DNA of 64,000 bases, taken from sequence record OL631484.1; one strand, given 5' to 3'. Positions 8,300 through 18,900 of the stretch are shown here, in pieces. The stretch is from Escherichia phage ECML-606-1. Each line of letters starts with the position of its first letter. The stretch's first letter is position 1. A program made the translations under genes and the position numbers. Below the pieces are notes generated by a model that worked only from the letters and a program-made list of their open reading frames with translations, was not told where the DNA came from and ran no database searches.

Positions 8300-10915
8300 T
8301 TAATCGTCACCTTTCGAAATGAAGCCGGAGCAGCCAATATCCTCCGGCTTCACCTGCATCATGATCTCATGGCAGGATCTGGTCTCCGGGTCGTAGTTCA
8401 CACAGCGCCCGCAAACATCCCCGCGATACTTCACGTTGTTCACCTCATCCATGTAGCTCACCAGCGTCTGATCGACGCCGATATCCAGCGGGCTCAGTCG
8501 CTCGATCTTCACCTGCGGGGCATCCGGCAGAATAAACGTACTGGTGCCATGGGCGCGACTCCATGCGACATCGCACAGCAGGTTTGCGTAGGAGAAGTGG
8601 GGATCGATGCCGATTTTCTTCACGCTGCGCTTGTACTGGTTCGTTTCCTCGTCCTTCTCAGCCACCAGCGCCGTTTTGGTGAAGTGCGTGAACATTACCG
8701 GGGCCACGGCTTCCACGCGCGTGACGCCCTTCTCACGAATCTCCTGCACCAACCCCTGAGGGTCTGGGATGAGGCAGATTGGCTCGTCGGCAGTGAAGCG
8801 GGCCATTGAGACCTGCATACACTTATACTGGTCAATGCGGACGGTGTAGCGATCCTGTTCGTTCTCGTCGGTGCGCACATCGGACTTGTCCAGCTTCATG
8901 CTGTCATTCCACTGGATCATGCCATCCGCCACGGTGCCGAAGCTGTTACAGATGAATACCCGGCCTTTGTGACGGTTGGCGAAGCGCTTGGCGTCGTTGT
9001 AGTTCGGGTTGATTTCCACCACGCAGCAAGCCACGCCGTACTGGTTCATCAGCTCGCTACAGCGGGCAAACGGATCCTCGCTGTAAATCATTTCGATGTG
9101 GACAATTGCTTGGTGGCCGGAGGGCAGTCGCTCCTTGATAACCACCACGTTAAACTGGCCCATCTGGTCAATACCCATGTAGCAGTTATCCGCGCGGGAC
9201 TTCCACTGCACGCCAAAACGCAGGCCATGCTTAACGCAATTCGCCAGGTGTTCCAGCGTTACCGGAACCAGCGACGGATCGAGGAACGGCTTGCCCAGCT
9301 TACGGTTATAGAAGTTTTTCATATCCGTAGCGTTGTTGAAGGCGGAAATAATCTCGCCGGGGCTGATTGTCGGTGACAGGAACTGCGGGAAGTGCGCCGA
9401 CCGGATGCACATTTCCCCTTCCTCATTCTCCGGCGCATCCGGGATCCATTCCCCGCGCTGCGTGTCCTCAATCCATCCTCCGCAGCTGTAGCAGACATAT
9501 CGGTGGCGTCTGGTGTCCGGGTCGTACTTAATGCACTGCGGGAAATAGTCATCCAGCGGTTTCTTTTCGAGGCAGTGCGGGCATTCGGTATGGAAACGGT
9601 ACTGGGATCCCAGCTTGTACCAGTGGTGGATATCGGAGTCGGGCCAGTTGGCGGTGGAGCCCATCAGGCTGTAACGGATCGGGGATGCAGATAGACGCTC
9701 GCGCGTTTTCTCCATCTGCTCCAGTGACATTTCCTGCACCTCATCGAAGCTCAGGACATCCATCGGGATGGATTCGGTAGTCGCGCGGCCCGATGTCCAG
9801 CTGAATACAAACATCGCCTCACCGATGCGACGGGTACGCACGTTACCCTCACCTTTCTTGCGACCGCCGCCTTTCTCATCGTCCTGCACCATCAGCGCAT
9901 GTACCTCAGGTACGGTGCGCACAATCGGCATGAAGCGCTCGGAGGACTTGATCCCCGCCAGCGCGGCATCCGGCAAGAACATGCCGATAGTCATCGGCTG
10001 GAAGCGCAGGCCAAGGTAAATAACAGCGAGCATTTCCATGACGGTAAAGCCCACCTGCGCACACTTCATCAGCACCAGCGTTTTGCGGTATGCCTCCTCG
10101 ACGGTGCTGGGGATCTGGTCATAAATCCACGCCATCGCCGGGCGGTTGTCCAGCTTGAACGGGCGACCATCCACTTTGAGGCCCGTTTCGCCCAGCCGGA
10201 TGCACCACTCCAGAAAGGTCTCGTTTGGCTTGAGGATTTTCTGCGAGGCGGTCAGGACAAAGGTCGTATCGAGGAATTCAGCATCGTAGCGCTGGCGCTT
10301 CTCATCCCCGGTCGTGTTGTCCATTTTCTCCAGGAATGCCGCGTCGAGATTATGGCGGTTGGTCTCGGTCGGCACGCGGCGTCGGAACCAGTCAGGATCC
10401 AGCTCGGCCTCCATCCACAGGCGATAAAAGTCGTGATTCTTCCCGTAGGCACCGGACAGGAACCATGCACTGCCGTGGTACTCGCGCAGGCACTCAGCCA
10501 GCGTGTCACCCCAGATCTGCATGAAGTTGTAAATCTCGCGCACGTCATCAATGATCATCAGGCCATACTGCCCATTAACCTCTTTCAGGCTGTCAGCCGC
10601 GTAAAGGTCAATGTACTGGCCCGATAGCAGCGTGATGCGCCTGCTGGTTGAGCTCTTGATGAGGGGATCGATGGCCTGTACGATCCGCGTGCGAACCTCC
10701 ATAAGGTCTTTGTACGTAGCGCTCATCCACATCGCCGGGGCAGGGTTATTCATGATGCCCTGTTTCCCAGCCACCAGCGCCTCTATGCCAAGCGTTGTTT
10801 TTCCTGCCTTCTCGCCCATGGCAATAACGTTAAAACGCGCCGCACGGTCGATACAGACCTGCAACGCGTCATTGAGAATGGGCAGCTTAATTTTAACGGT
10901 CTTTTGGCGTGCCAT
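8300..10915 (-). CDS. terminase large subunit, lambda GpA-like, with N-terminal P-loop extension
   Basis: 871 aa; KCAQVGFT (res 284-291) resembles the gpA KSARVGYS P-loop; additional Walker A GEKAGKTT (34-41) and Walker B LMIIDDV (119-125); C-terminal Cys clusters; ATG at 10915 with AAGGA SD. Confidence 0.65.
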   Translation of the reverse strand: MARQKTVKIKLPILNDALQVCIDRAARFNVIAMGEKAGKTTLGIEALVAGKQGIMNNPAPAMWMSATYKDLMEVRTRIVQAIDPLIKSSTSRRITLLSGQYIDLYAADSLKEVNGQYGLMIIDDVREIYNFMQIWGDTLAECLREYHGSAWFLSGAYGKNHDFYRLWMEAELDPDWFRRRVPTETNRHNLDAAFLEKMDNTTGDEKRQRYDAEFLDTTFVLTASQKILKPNETFLEWCIRLGETGLKVDGRPFKLDNRPAMAWIYDQIPSTVEEAYRKTLVLMKCAQVGFTVMEMLAVIYLGLRFQPMTIGMFLPDAALAGIKSSERFMPIVRTVPEVHALMVQDDEKGGGRKKGEGNVRTRRIGEAMFVFSWTSGRATTESIPMDVLSFDEVQEMSLEQMEKTRERLSASPIRYSLMGSTANWPDSDIHHWYKLGSQYRFHTECPHCLEKKPLDDYFPQCIKYDPDTRRHRYVCYSCGGWIEDTQRGEWIPDAPENEEGEMCIRSAHFPQFLSPTISPGEIISAFNNATDMKNFYNRKLGKPFLDPSLVPVTLEHLANCVKHGLRFGVQWKSRADNCYMGIDQMGQFNVVVIKERLPSGHQAIVHIEMIYSEDPFARCSELMNQYGVACCVVEINPNYNDAKRFANRHKGRVFICNSFGTVADGMIQWNDSMKLDKSDVRTDENEQDRYTVRIDQYKCMQVSMARFTADEPICLIPDPQGLVQEIREKGVTRVEAVAPVMFTHFTKTALVAEKDEETNQYKRSVKKIGIDPHFSYANLLCDVAWSRAHGTSTFILPDAPQVKIERLSPLDIGVDQTLVSYMDEVNNVKYRGDVCGRCVNYDPETRSCHEIMMQVKPEDIGCSGFISKGDD

Positions 10916-10927
10916 TGTGAATCCTTT

Positions 10928-10950
10928 GGTAAAAGGGCCCCGAAGGGCCC
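10928..10950 (-). terminator. terminator between tail fibre and terminase genes (GGGCCC-CGAA-GGGCCC hairpin)
   Basis: GC hairpin 10935-10950 followed on minus strand by TTTTAC. Confidence 0.5.
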
Positions 10951-10960
10951 TGAATGGGGG

Positions 10961-13810
10961 TTATGCTTTGAGTCGGTCTACTTCATCCGCCAGCGTTTTG
11001 ACGGATTCGATCAGGTCTGCGATGAGCGCGTTTTGAGACACGTTCAGCACCCCGTTAACCTCATAGGTATAGATCGGGTCAATCTTCTGGAGCTCCTGCG
11101 CGATGTAGCCACGGTCATGGCGTCCGTCATGCTTCCAGTCGAATTCCCGCGCAACAATCTCACGGATGCGAGACAGTGCGCCCGGCTTGGCATCCTCCGC
11201 ATTATCTTTCAGCGCGATATCGGAGGCATTAAACTGAACTGTGCCCAAAGGCCCGGTAATATCACCGTTAGCTTGGAAAGCCCAGTCTTTATTTACCCCT
11301 CCTGAGTTTTGCTGGAGGGTGATTTGGTAAGCGAGAAGATCCGTACTGGCTCCTCGGACAGCGCCAGTCTGAACAAAGCCATTACACCATTGGTAGCTTG
11401 TCCATCCCGTCCAACCATTCGGGATGCTGCTCTTTCTGTTATTGAGCTCGACTCTGTTTTGCTCACCTGCTCGCACCCCACAACCACCACCCGCAGCGGT
11501 ATGCAGATCATTACAGGTGACGAGCGCGGAGATATCCAGCGCGTTTCCTGTCCATGGCTTGATGTTATTCGCCAGCAAATAACGTGGCACCGTCAAGTCA
11601 CCATTGGTATCAAAGATGAAGTTTTGGAAGGCCCCGGAAACCTCATTTTTTGCCTGAATGACAGCCATGCCCACGATAGATGATTCAGTGGTGGCATATC
11701 TTCCGCTGGCTACCAGCGAGGCCGAAAGTTTATCCGCGCCACCGATGGTATAGCGGGAATAGACCATCCCGCCCAGCACGCTCGTATTAGCACCCGGCGC
11801 GGTAGCATCACCAGAGATCACGCTGAAATTGGTGTTCGCTGACTGGAAGGCACCAGAGGCTCGGATGATCCAGATGCCCACAACCGAGTTCGGGCGCACC
11901 TCAGTACCACGTCCATACGCGGGGTTAGATCGGCTAGCATTAAATTTAAACCCGTTATAGGTTCCCGCTACAACTGGACCGGGTTGAATATTGTTAGGGA
12001 ATGAGTCCCCTTGATAAACGGCGCTTTGAGGGTCGTTAACCGCCGCGAATGCACCAGCACCTGAGTTGCCGATAAGACCCGTAATATTCGGCGCGGCGTT
12101 GTATTTAATCGCGCCTACGCCGCCGATCTCGCTAGTAAAATGACCACCACCATCACCACGCAGGAAGTTAGCCCCCGGAGTAAATCCATCAGCGTATGCG
12201 CCATTAAGATCAGGCACACGGAATTTCCCTGTACTTGATTGCTTAACATATGCGCCTCGGTTTTCACCTTTCCGCAGACCGTCAGCGCTACCGCTGTTTT
12301 GCCAAAGGGCTTCCGTTACCGTGACAACCCTGCCAGAATTCACCAAAGCATACAGATCTGCGGTTGCAGGATCTGTTTGGCTGCATTCCTGACCGTCGGC
12401 GGGGATATATCCAACGGGTAAGCTGGCACGCGATCCGTTCCACCATTCCACCGCGCCAACAAAGTTATTAAGCACGCCATTCATCGTTGGGCCAGAGCCG
12501 CCTGAGTTTGCTTTCAGCTGGCGCAGCGTAACTGCGTCATAATCTCCTGCTGCGTCGGCATTCAGCGTAAGCGGGCCTTGCAGACCTGTCAGCTGGGTGA
12601 TGTCACTATTAACACCAGACTGTGCCCCTTTTCTCCAGTCGGTGAATACGCTGCCATCATAGCTGCGCGAAGCAATACGCCCACTTTTAGCGATGTAAAC
12701 CTGAGTGACGCCACCAGATGCGCCGAACGGGAATACAGTCAGCTGACCGGGCTCATCAAACGGGAAGTTGTTGGCTGCAACAGCACCAGCAGCACTGGTC
12801 AGAGATACCACGCCATAATGCGCCGGGAGAATGCGGTCATTCAGGTTGATAACCGTTGAAATGCCATCCATCTGGGCGACGGCTTTCACTTCGGATGCCG
12901 CAGGCGGGTTATCGCTGGTATACATCCGGCGTGGTGCGCTCCAGTTGGTCGTCGTGCGCGTGATGCGATAAACCCACGTTGGCGTCGCGCCCTCAGACGC
13001 GAAGATGAAGACAGTCGATGTGCGATCCTCGTTGATGCCCTCACAGTGGATGCGCCACGCTGTAGCACCAGCGCCAGTGATGGTCGCCGGGAAGCCATTG
13101 GCAGTAATCGCATCGGCGGCCTTCACGCGCATAGTTTCACCTACGCGCCAAACGTGCGAGGTGATCGTGTCTCCGGTGGCAGCGAAGTCGAAGTAAGGCA
13201 GTTTGATGCCCATAAGTCCAGCATAACCCGCTGTGAGCACCGCCCCGTCGCGGGTGATGGTTGGACTGGCGATCTCCTGATCGGTCAGGGAGCGGGCGAT
13301 ATTCAGCGCTACGCCTCCGGTCGGCTGAGCACCGCTGCTGTGTGTCCAGTCGATTGTTGCACCGTTACCCGCGATCAGTAGGCCAGTCCATTTGCGCGGT
13401 GCAGTGCTCGGTGCGATGTTAAACCAGATCTCATAGGTGTCGGCTGCGACCTCCACCAGCTTACCGCCAAGGATGGTCGCTGAATTCGCGCCAAGATTGG
13501 TCTGAGCAGTAACGGTGATGCGTGCCGGATCACCGACAGTGGTCACAGAGCCGTCGCCTGTCTGCATGACAATGTTGGCGAAGCCAGTACCAGTCACCAC
13601 CATCAGCGTAATGGCAATTTTGCCCTGCGCGAGATTGGAGATCTTGCCCATCTTCTGCCAGCTATCTGACGTGATATCCCAGTCAGTGAGCATCACGGCA
13701 TTTTTATCCAGCATGGTCAGAGCATCGGTCAGCTTGCCCACATCAATTTTTAACGGGTTGGTCAGGTATGGGACAGGAAGCCCAAGCCGGGGAGTAGTTT
13801 TGTCCACCAT
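10961..13810 (-). CDS. tail fibre / tailspike protein with C-terminal intramolecular chaperone (peptidase S74-like) domain
   Basis: 949 aa; Gly/Thr/Ser/Asn-rich beta-type sequence; C-terminus NASDIALKDN...IAQELQKIDP matches the autoproteolytic chaperone signature of tail fibres. Confidence 0.65.
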   Translation of the reverse strand: MVDKTTPRLGLPVPYLTNPLKIDVGKLTDALTMLDKNAVMLTDWDITSDSWQKMGKISNLAQGKIAITLMVVTGTGFANIVMQTGDGSVTTVGDPARITVTAQTNLGANSATILGGKLVEVAADTYEIWFNIAPSTAPRKWTGLLIAGNGATIDWTHSSGAQPTGGVALNIARSLTDQEIASPTITRDGAVLTAGYAGLMGIKLPYFDFAATGDTITSHVWRVGETMRVKAADAITANGFPATITGAGATAWRIHCEGINEDRTSTVFIFASEGATPTWVYRITRTTTNWSAPRRMYTSDNPPAASEVKAVAQMDGISTVINLNDRILPAHYGVVSLTSAAGAVAANNFPFDEPGQLTVFPFGASGGVTQVYIAKSGRIASRSYDGSVFTDWRKGAQSGVNSDITQLTGLQGPLTLNADAAGDYDAVTLRQLKANSGGSGPTMNGVLNNFVGAVEWWNGSRASLPVGYIPADGQECSQTDPATADLYALVNSGRVVTVTEALWQNSGSADGLRKGENRGAYVKQSSTGKFRVPDLNGAYADGFTPGANFLRGDGGGHFTSEIGGVGAIKYNAAPNITGLIGNSGAGAFAAVNDPQSAVYQGDSFPNNIQPGPVVAGTYNGFKFNASRSNPAYGRGTEVRPNSVVGIWIIRASGAFQSANTNFSVISGDATAPGANTSVLGGMVYSRYTIGGADKLSASLVASGRYATTESSIVGMAVIQAKNEVSGAFQNFIFDTNGDLTVPRYLLANNIKPWTGNALDISALVTCNDLHTAAGGGCGVRAGEQNRVELNNRKSSIPNGWTGWTSYQWCNGFVQTGAVRGASTDLLAYQITLQQNSGGVNKDWAFQANGDITGPLGTVQFNASDIALKDNAEDAKPGALSRIREIVAREFDWKHDGRHDRGYIAQELQKIDPIYTYEVNGVLNVSQNALIADLIESVKTLADEVDRLKA

Positions 13811-13860
13811 TTCCGGGATCTCTCTTGTTCAGGAATAGCGGATATTCTGGAATCACTACG

Positions 13861-13890
13861 GGGAAATAAAAAGCCCGGACAGTACCGGGC
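13861..13890 (-). terminator. rho-independent terminator
   Basis: GCCCGG-ACAGTA-CCGGGC hairpin followed on minus strand by TTTTTATTT. Confidence 0.5.
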
Positions 13891-13898
13891 TGGAAGGT

Positions 13899-14153
13899 TT
13901 ACCACTTGAATTGTCGCTGATCGTCCTCGCAAAACTCGAACAGCTTATGCACGCCCCAGTAAACAGCCCCGGCGGCGACGACCACCATCACAAGGCCCAT
14001 CAGCATGGATCCGAATCCCAGAGCCGCGAGGCCAGAAGTGATGCCTGCTGCACTCAATCCTGAAACCTTCCCCAGAAGGCTGATCAGCAGGATAGGCGTT
14101 CCTGCCGCTGCTGCACCTGCTGTGACTTGTTTTGCCACTGTGTACCCGTTCAT
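13899..14153 (-). CDS. small membrane protein (two predicted TM helices; holin-like topology)
   Basis: 84 aa, two hydrophobic segments, charged C-terminus. Confidence 0.4.
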   Translation of the reverse strand: MNGYTVAKQVTAGAAAAGTPILLISLLGKVSGLSAAGITSGLAALGFGSMLMGLVMVVVAAGAVYWGVHKLFEFCEDDQRQFKW

Positions 14154-14581
14154 TACCGCCCCTTTTTATGTGTCGCTGAGCGGTGCTGTCCGCTGTAGCG
14201 ATGGTTTCCGTATGCCTGCTCGTCACGCCAGTTAATCTGCTGCTGACGCTTACCGGAATAAGCGGAGTAAGGCGGTTTTGGCTGGAGTTTAGCCATTACA
14301 TGCCAAACGTCATAGCAGGCATCATGGAAACGGCGATCCGTTGTCGAGTCCTTGAAATTGCTGTACATCATTTCCGCGACGTACTGCGCCAGCATGGATT
14401 GCAGCTCCTCGCGGTTGACGAACACTCGGAACTGGTAATCGCGGTGATCGTGCGTGACCACTTCTTTGGTCGGGAAGTATTTGTTCAGATGCTCTTTACG
14501 GCGAGCACGTACTTGGATCACTTCCGGGTCTTGTTTGTCTACGACAGCAGACAGGAAGCCATCAGATAAAATCAGCCACAT
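14153..14581 (-). CDS. hypothetical protein
   Basis: 142 aa; ATG at 14581 with GAGGA SD; promoter immediately upstream. Confidence 0.45.
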   Translation of the reverse strand: MWLILSDGFLSAVVDKQDPEVIQVRARRKEHLNKYFPTKEVVTHDHRDYQFRVFVNREELQSMLAQYVAEMMYSNFKDSTTDRRFHDACYDVWHVMAKLQPKPPYSAYSGKRQQQINWRDEQAYGNHRYSGQHRSATHKKGR

Positions 14582-14617
14582 GGCGTATTCCTCAGGTTGG
14601 ATTGGTTAACGGCTGAG

Positions 14618-14646
14618 ATAATACGTCATGCGTGCCGTATGGTCAA
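14618..14646 (-). promoter_or_regulatory. sigma70-like promoter TTGACC-N17-TATTAT with palindromic operator in spacer
   Basis: minus-strand hexamers; spacer contains ACGGCACGCATGACGT. Confidence 0.45.
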
Positions 14647-15507
14647 TCTTTTTTCTTACCTAAATACGCGTCAAGCACCATTTGGTCGGGCTTCATGTTC
14701 ATTAGCTCGCGCAGCTTGTTTTTTGGTACCAGCTGGACGGCCTGCGTTTCCCAGCCCATCGCTACCGGGGAACCACCGACGCGCTTCGCCAGATACATGC
14801 GAGAAACAGACGTGGTGCGCTCAAAGTCACCCAGCACGCCAGTGATCTCGATCTGTAGCCCGGACTCCTCCCATGTCTCTTTGATGGCGTTCTGCTGGAG
14901 CGTGAGCCCCGGCTCAGTGCCACCCTTCGGGAAAGTGTTCTGGTAGCCGCCGAAAGCGTTGGTCGGGCTGATAATCCACACGCGACCGTCAGGCTCCTCA
15001 ATGATGACGCCGGACGCTGGACGCTTCCCGGCTGGTACCATTAACGGCTGCTCGGTCATCTGTTTGGTGCCCTTCACAAAGGCCCAGCCCGCGTCGGTTT
15101 TCGGTGCGCCAGTCCACGGCGCGACCGGGACGCCATTCAGCTCCTGCGGTGCTGCACCATTAGGCGTGAAGGTGGCCACCTCGTTGCTCGCGGCCCACGT
15201 TGGCGCTTCGGTCGGTTTGCTCGGATGGTTAACCACGACGCGGTTGCCCTTCTCACCCAGTCGCGGATGGTGGACAATCTTCGTCGGTAGTCCTTTGCTG
15301 GCGGTAGTCCTGTGCGTGCCATACGGCGTCGTGGGCAGCGCTGGCTTGCGGTAATAGGCTTTCTTGGCCTGAGGCTTCGCAGGCGCTTTGGGGGCCGCAG
15401 GCGCATCAGGTTTGGCTGCTGCCTTCCCGTTGTCGTGCGGCTTCACCCATACGCCATCGCTCCGGCGATAGCCCTTCACCTGCGCTTTCAGGAAAAGTTT
15501 AGTCATT
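14643..15507 (-). CDS. Nudix hydrolase (putative)
   Basis: Nudix box GGTEPGLTLQQNAIKETWEESGL (REx2EExGU with R to K); Pro/Ala/Lys-rich N-terminal region; ATG at 15507. Confidence 0.55.
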
Positions 15508-15981
15508 GCCTTCCACTCCCAGCATCCATTGCGCCATGGATTCGACGCTGGACTGCACGCGGGCGGCGATTTCTGCATCCTTCCCGCCCTTGTCAAATGC
15601 CTGGTAAATACTGATCGCAAAGCGGGCCATCGCGTGCGCGACGATCAGCGCGGGATCCGTTTCATCCTTCGCCAGCCCCTTCACGTTCTGGATCCAGCGC
15701 GGCAGCGCGAAGTCATTCCAGCCCGGCAGCACGCTAAAGCCTGCGGTGTTACCCACAAAGATGTTAGCGGTGTTCAGCGCCTGCGCACGGTCGGCCTCCA
15801 GCGCTTCTTTCTCAGTCATCTGGTTGGCCTGCACCTTAGCGATGCGTCCCACGATGTCCTTGGCGAAGTTATTCAGGATGGTGCGTGCCACGTTGATATC
15901 GCCCAGATAAACGCTGCCATCAGCAGCGTTCAGACCTTCGATAAACCACGTTGGATCAGTATGTCGGTTCAATTCAGCCAC
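15499..15981 (-). CDS. hypothetical protein
   Basis: 160 aa; GTG at 15981 with AAGGGGGC SD; overlaps Nudix start by 9 nt. Confidence 0.4.
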   Translation of the reverse strand: MAELNRHTDPTWFIEGLNAADGSVYLGDINVARTILNNFAKDIVGRIAKVQANQMTEKEALEADRAQALNTANIFVGNTAGFSVLPGWNDFALPRWIQNVKGLAKDETDPALIVAHAMARFAISIYQAFDKGGKDAEIAARVQSSVESMAQWMLGVEGND

Positions 15982-15990
15982 AGAGCCCCC

Positions 15991-18900
15991 TTATACGCTC
16001 GGCAGGATGATACATTCCACAACGGTCATGCCGCTGCCGCCAAAGCCATCGGCGTCCTTAGTCCCCGATTCGTTCACCTTAGTGATGAGTAGGCGGGTAT
16101 TAGGTGGCAGGATAATTTCTTTTTCCCCGGTATGGTGCGAGATAGATCCACCACTCGGAAGCGAGCCAGCGCCCGCATAGATACCTTTTACGCCGGGGCC
16201 TGCTGTCATTTTGAGGTGAATATTACCACTCCACACGTCTGGACTGATAGACGTGGACATAATTGCAGGCTCCATGATGACCTTGCCGACCGACGCTTTC
16301 AGCTTGGAGAGATCACCGCTGCCCAGACTGAATTTGCGCCCGAACGTGGTACCCGGCGAAATTTCATGGCCCATACCAGACAGCGCCTGCGCTGCTGCTT
16401 TCGCTTCTGCGCTTGGGTTGCCCTTCCACAGTCCGCTGTTCATCTGCTTATAACTGCTACCAGTATACGCCTGCACGGCCTGCTTTTGTGTCATCGGCAG
16501 CTTTTCCCACACTTCCTGTGCTGCTTTGGCATAAGTGTTTGTGGTCAGCGTGCCAGCCTTGAAAGTGGTTTTAGTAATGCCAAGGTCTTCCGGCTCAACA
16601 ATCCCCGGATGGCCCAGCACCAGCAGGTTCCCGATCTTGTCTGCATCGTTACCGCTCCAGTTTTCCGGCTTGTATTCTTCGTGCATCGAATACAGCGGGT
16701 GATCGCCGCCGATACGGAACTGCTCGGCTTCATGCCCGGTAAGCTGGCTCTTAATCTCGTTAATCGCCTGCATCGCGTAGCCTTTGATGTGCTGCGATGG
16801 GTGATCGAGCACTGGCACCTGTCCGGTAACAGCTCCGGTGTCTTTGTCAAAGGTTGGCGCGGTCAGGCCGCGAATGGCTTCCGGGTCTCCGGTCAGCGCC
16901 GCAGAATAAATGGCCTGCGCCGCGTCGTGGTTCCCTTTGTTCAGGAACTCTTTGGAGGACGGGCCGGATTTGCCAACGCCAGACCAGTTGAGGAAGTCAG
17001 GCGGGGTACTGATTTTCTCCGGCTTGAATTTCTGCATTTTGATGATCTGCTCGGCTTCCGGGTACTTCTCAGCCAGATACTCTTTGCGCTTGATGAGCGT
17101 TTCCACCAGCTCTTTTTTGGCCTTCTCATCGCCCGGCCCATACTGGTTGACCATGTGCGCGATTTTGGCGTCGGAGATAGCCAGCACCTTGGAGACAGAC
17201 GCGGCGATATCGGCCTCAGTCATGCCACCGAAGACGGCGGCGCTGTTCGCGTTCATCTTCGGATCCATCAGTGACTCCAGCTCCTTAACTACCGGGCCAA
17301 ATTCTTTCTTCGCACCCTGCGCACGGAACATCAGCGAGCCGCCCGCATCGACGCGGTGAATGGTGCCGTCATCTTTCAGCTGCACGTTGTCTTTCGCCAG
17401 CCCCACGACATCCCAGTTACCCAGCCACGCATCAACGGCAAAGCCTTCCAGCATACCCTTGGCCTTCGCCAGCGCTGCATGGGTTTTGGCCTTCTTGATG
17501 TTCTCCCACTTCGAGGCAATAGCCATTTTCCCGTCCTTGGTGACGATCATGGCGTCCTGCGCGGACAGGCCAGCGGCGCTATACAGTTTCGCTGCCAGCA
17601 CCTCAGCCTTGGCGTGCTCCTCGTTATCCGGGAACTTCACATACCATTCCTGCCCATCGGCGTCCTTCATTTTCATGCCTTCATTCGAACCGCCTTGGTT
17701 GCCCCCGGTCACTGTCCACTCATCGACGCTGATCGGCTCTTTCTTCTTCCACTGGTACTTTTTGACCTCCATCGGGCCATCAGCGGCAAGGCCATTCTCT
17801 GCCGGGTTGCTGGTCGCGGCGGTAGCATTCATCAGCTGCGCGACGCCATTCATAGCATAGGTGCCATTCACCTCAGGGTTATAACCGGACTTAACCTTGA
17901 TCCCATTAGCCATCAGCATCATCGACGCATATTGCGCCAGCGCCTTTTTACCCGGCGCGGTCGGGCCATACTCCGTTGAGACCTTAATTTTCATCCCAAA
18001 CTCGCCATAAATCAGCATCGAACCATCGGCTTTCTGCATGATGACGCCTTTGGTGCCGCCGCCTTTGGTCAGCTTGGCTTTGAGGTTATCTACATATTTC
18101 ATGTAGTGATCCTGCTGCCAAGCGCTCAGGCCAAGCGCAGCGAAGTCAGGTGCTGGGATCTCGTCAGGATTGGCCCTAACCCAGCGCCCGTTTTTCAGGA
18201 TCAGCATCCCATTGGCACCCGGCTTCATGTCGCCTTCTTTCGGGCCATCGCCTTCTTTCTGGCCCTCGTCGGCTTTCTTAGCATCTTCTTCGGCTACGGT
18301 GTTTTTGATAGCCGTCAGGATCCCTTCGATAGCCACAGGAGTAAAGTCGTTGATGATAAGCACGCTCTTAATGGTGCTGACCGCATCCACTTTGTCCGGG
18401 TTGGCGTCGTAGTATTCCTTGCACGCCACCGACGCCTTGACGACCTTTTGCAGCCCGGTTTTGGTCTCCGCGATGCTCTTGATGTCGTCCAGCAGTTTCA
18501 GGTCGATATTACCCAGCTCCGGCGCGGCAGGTTCAGGCGCAGGCGCAGGCTCCTCAGCTCCGGTGATCTGATCCTGTACAAAGGTCATGGTGCTGATCGC
18601 GTAATCCGTCATGCTCATCTTGACCACATCGGTGCCCTGATTCGCCATCAGCGCATACGCGGACTCTTTGACGCTGTTCAGCACGGCCTCTTTCATTTCC
18701 GGCGAGTCGGTGTACTTCGCCAGCATCGCCATCGCTGCCAGACCATCCAGCGCATCTGCATCCGCCATGCTATCGCCCTTGTAACTGGCTTTCGGGATCC
18801 CCTGCGGGACGCCGTGCATGTTGATGCTGTCTTTCAGTATGGACTGGAGGACAGGGATATGGGCCACGTTATCGCCTGCGGCCTTCACGATGTCCTGATA

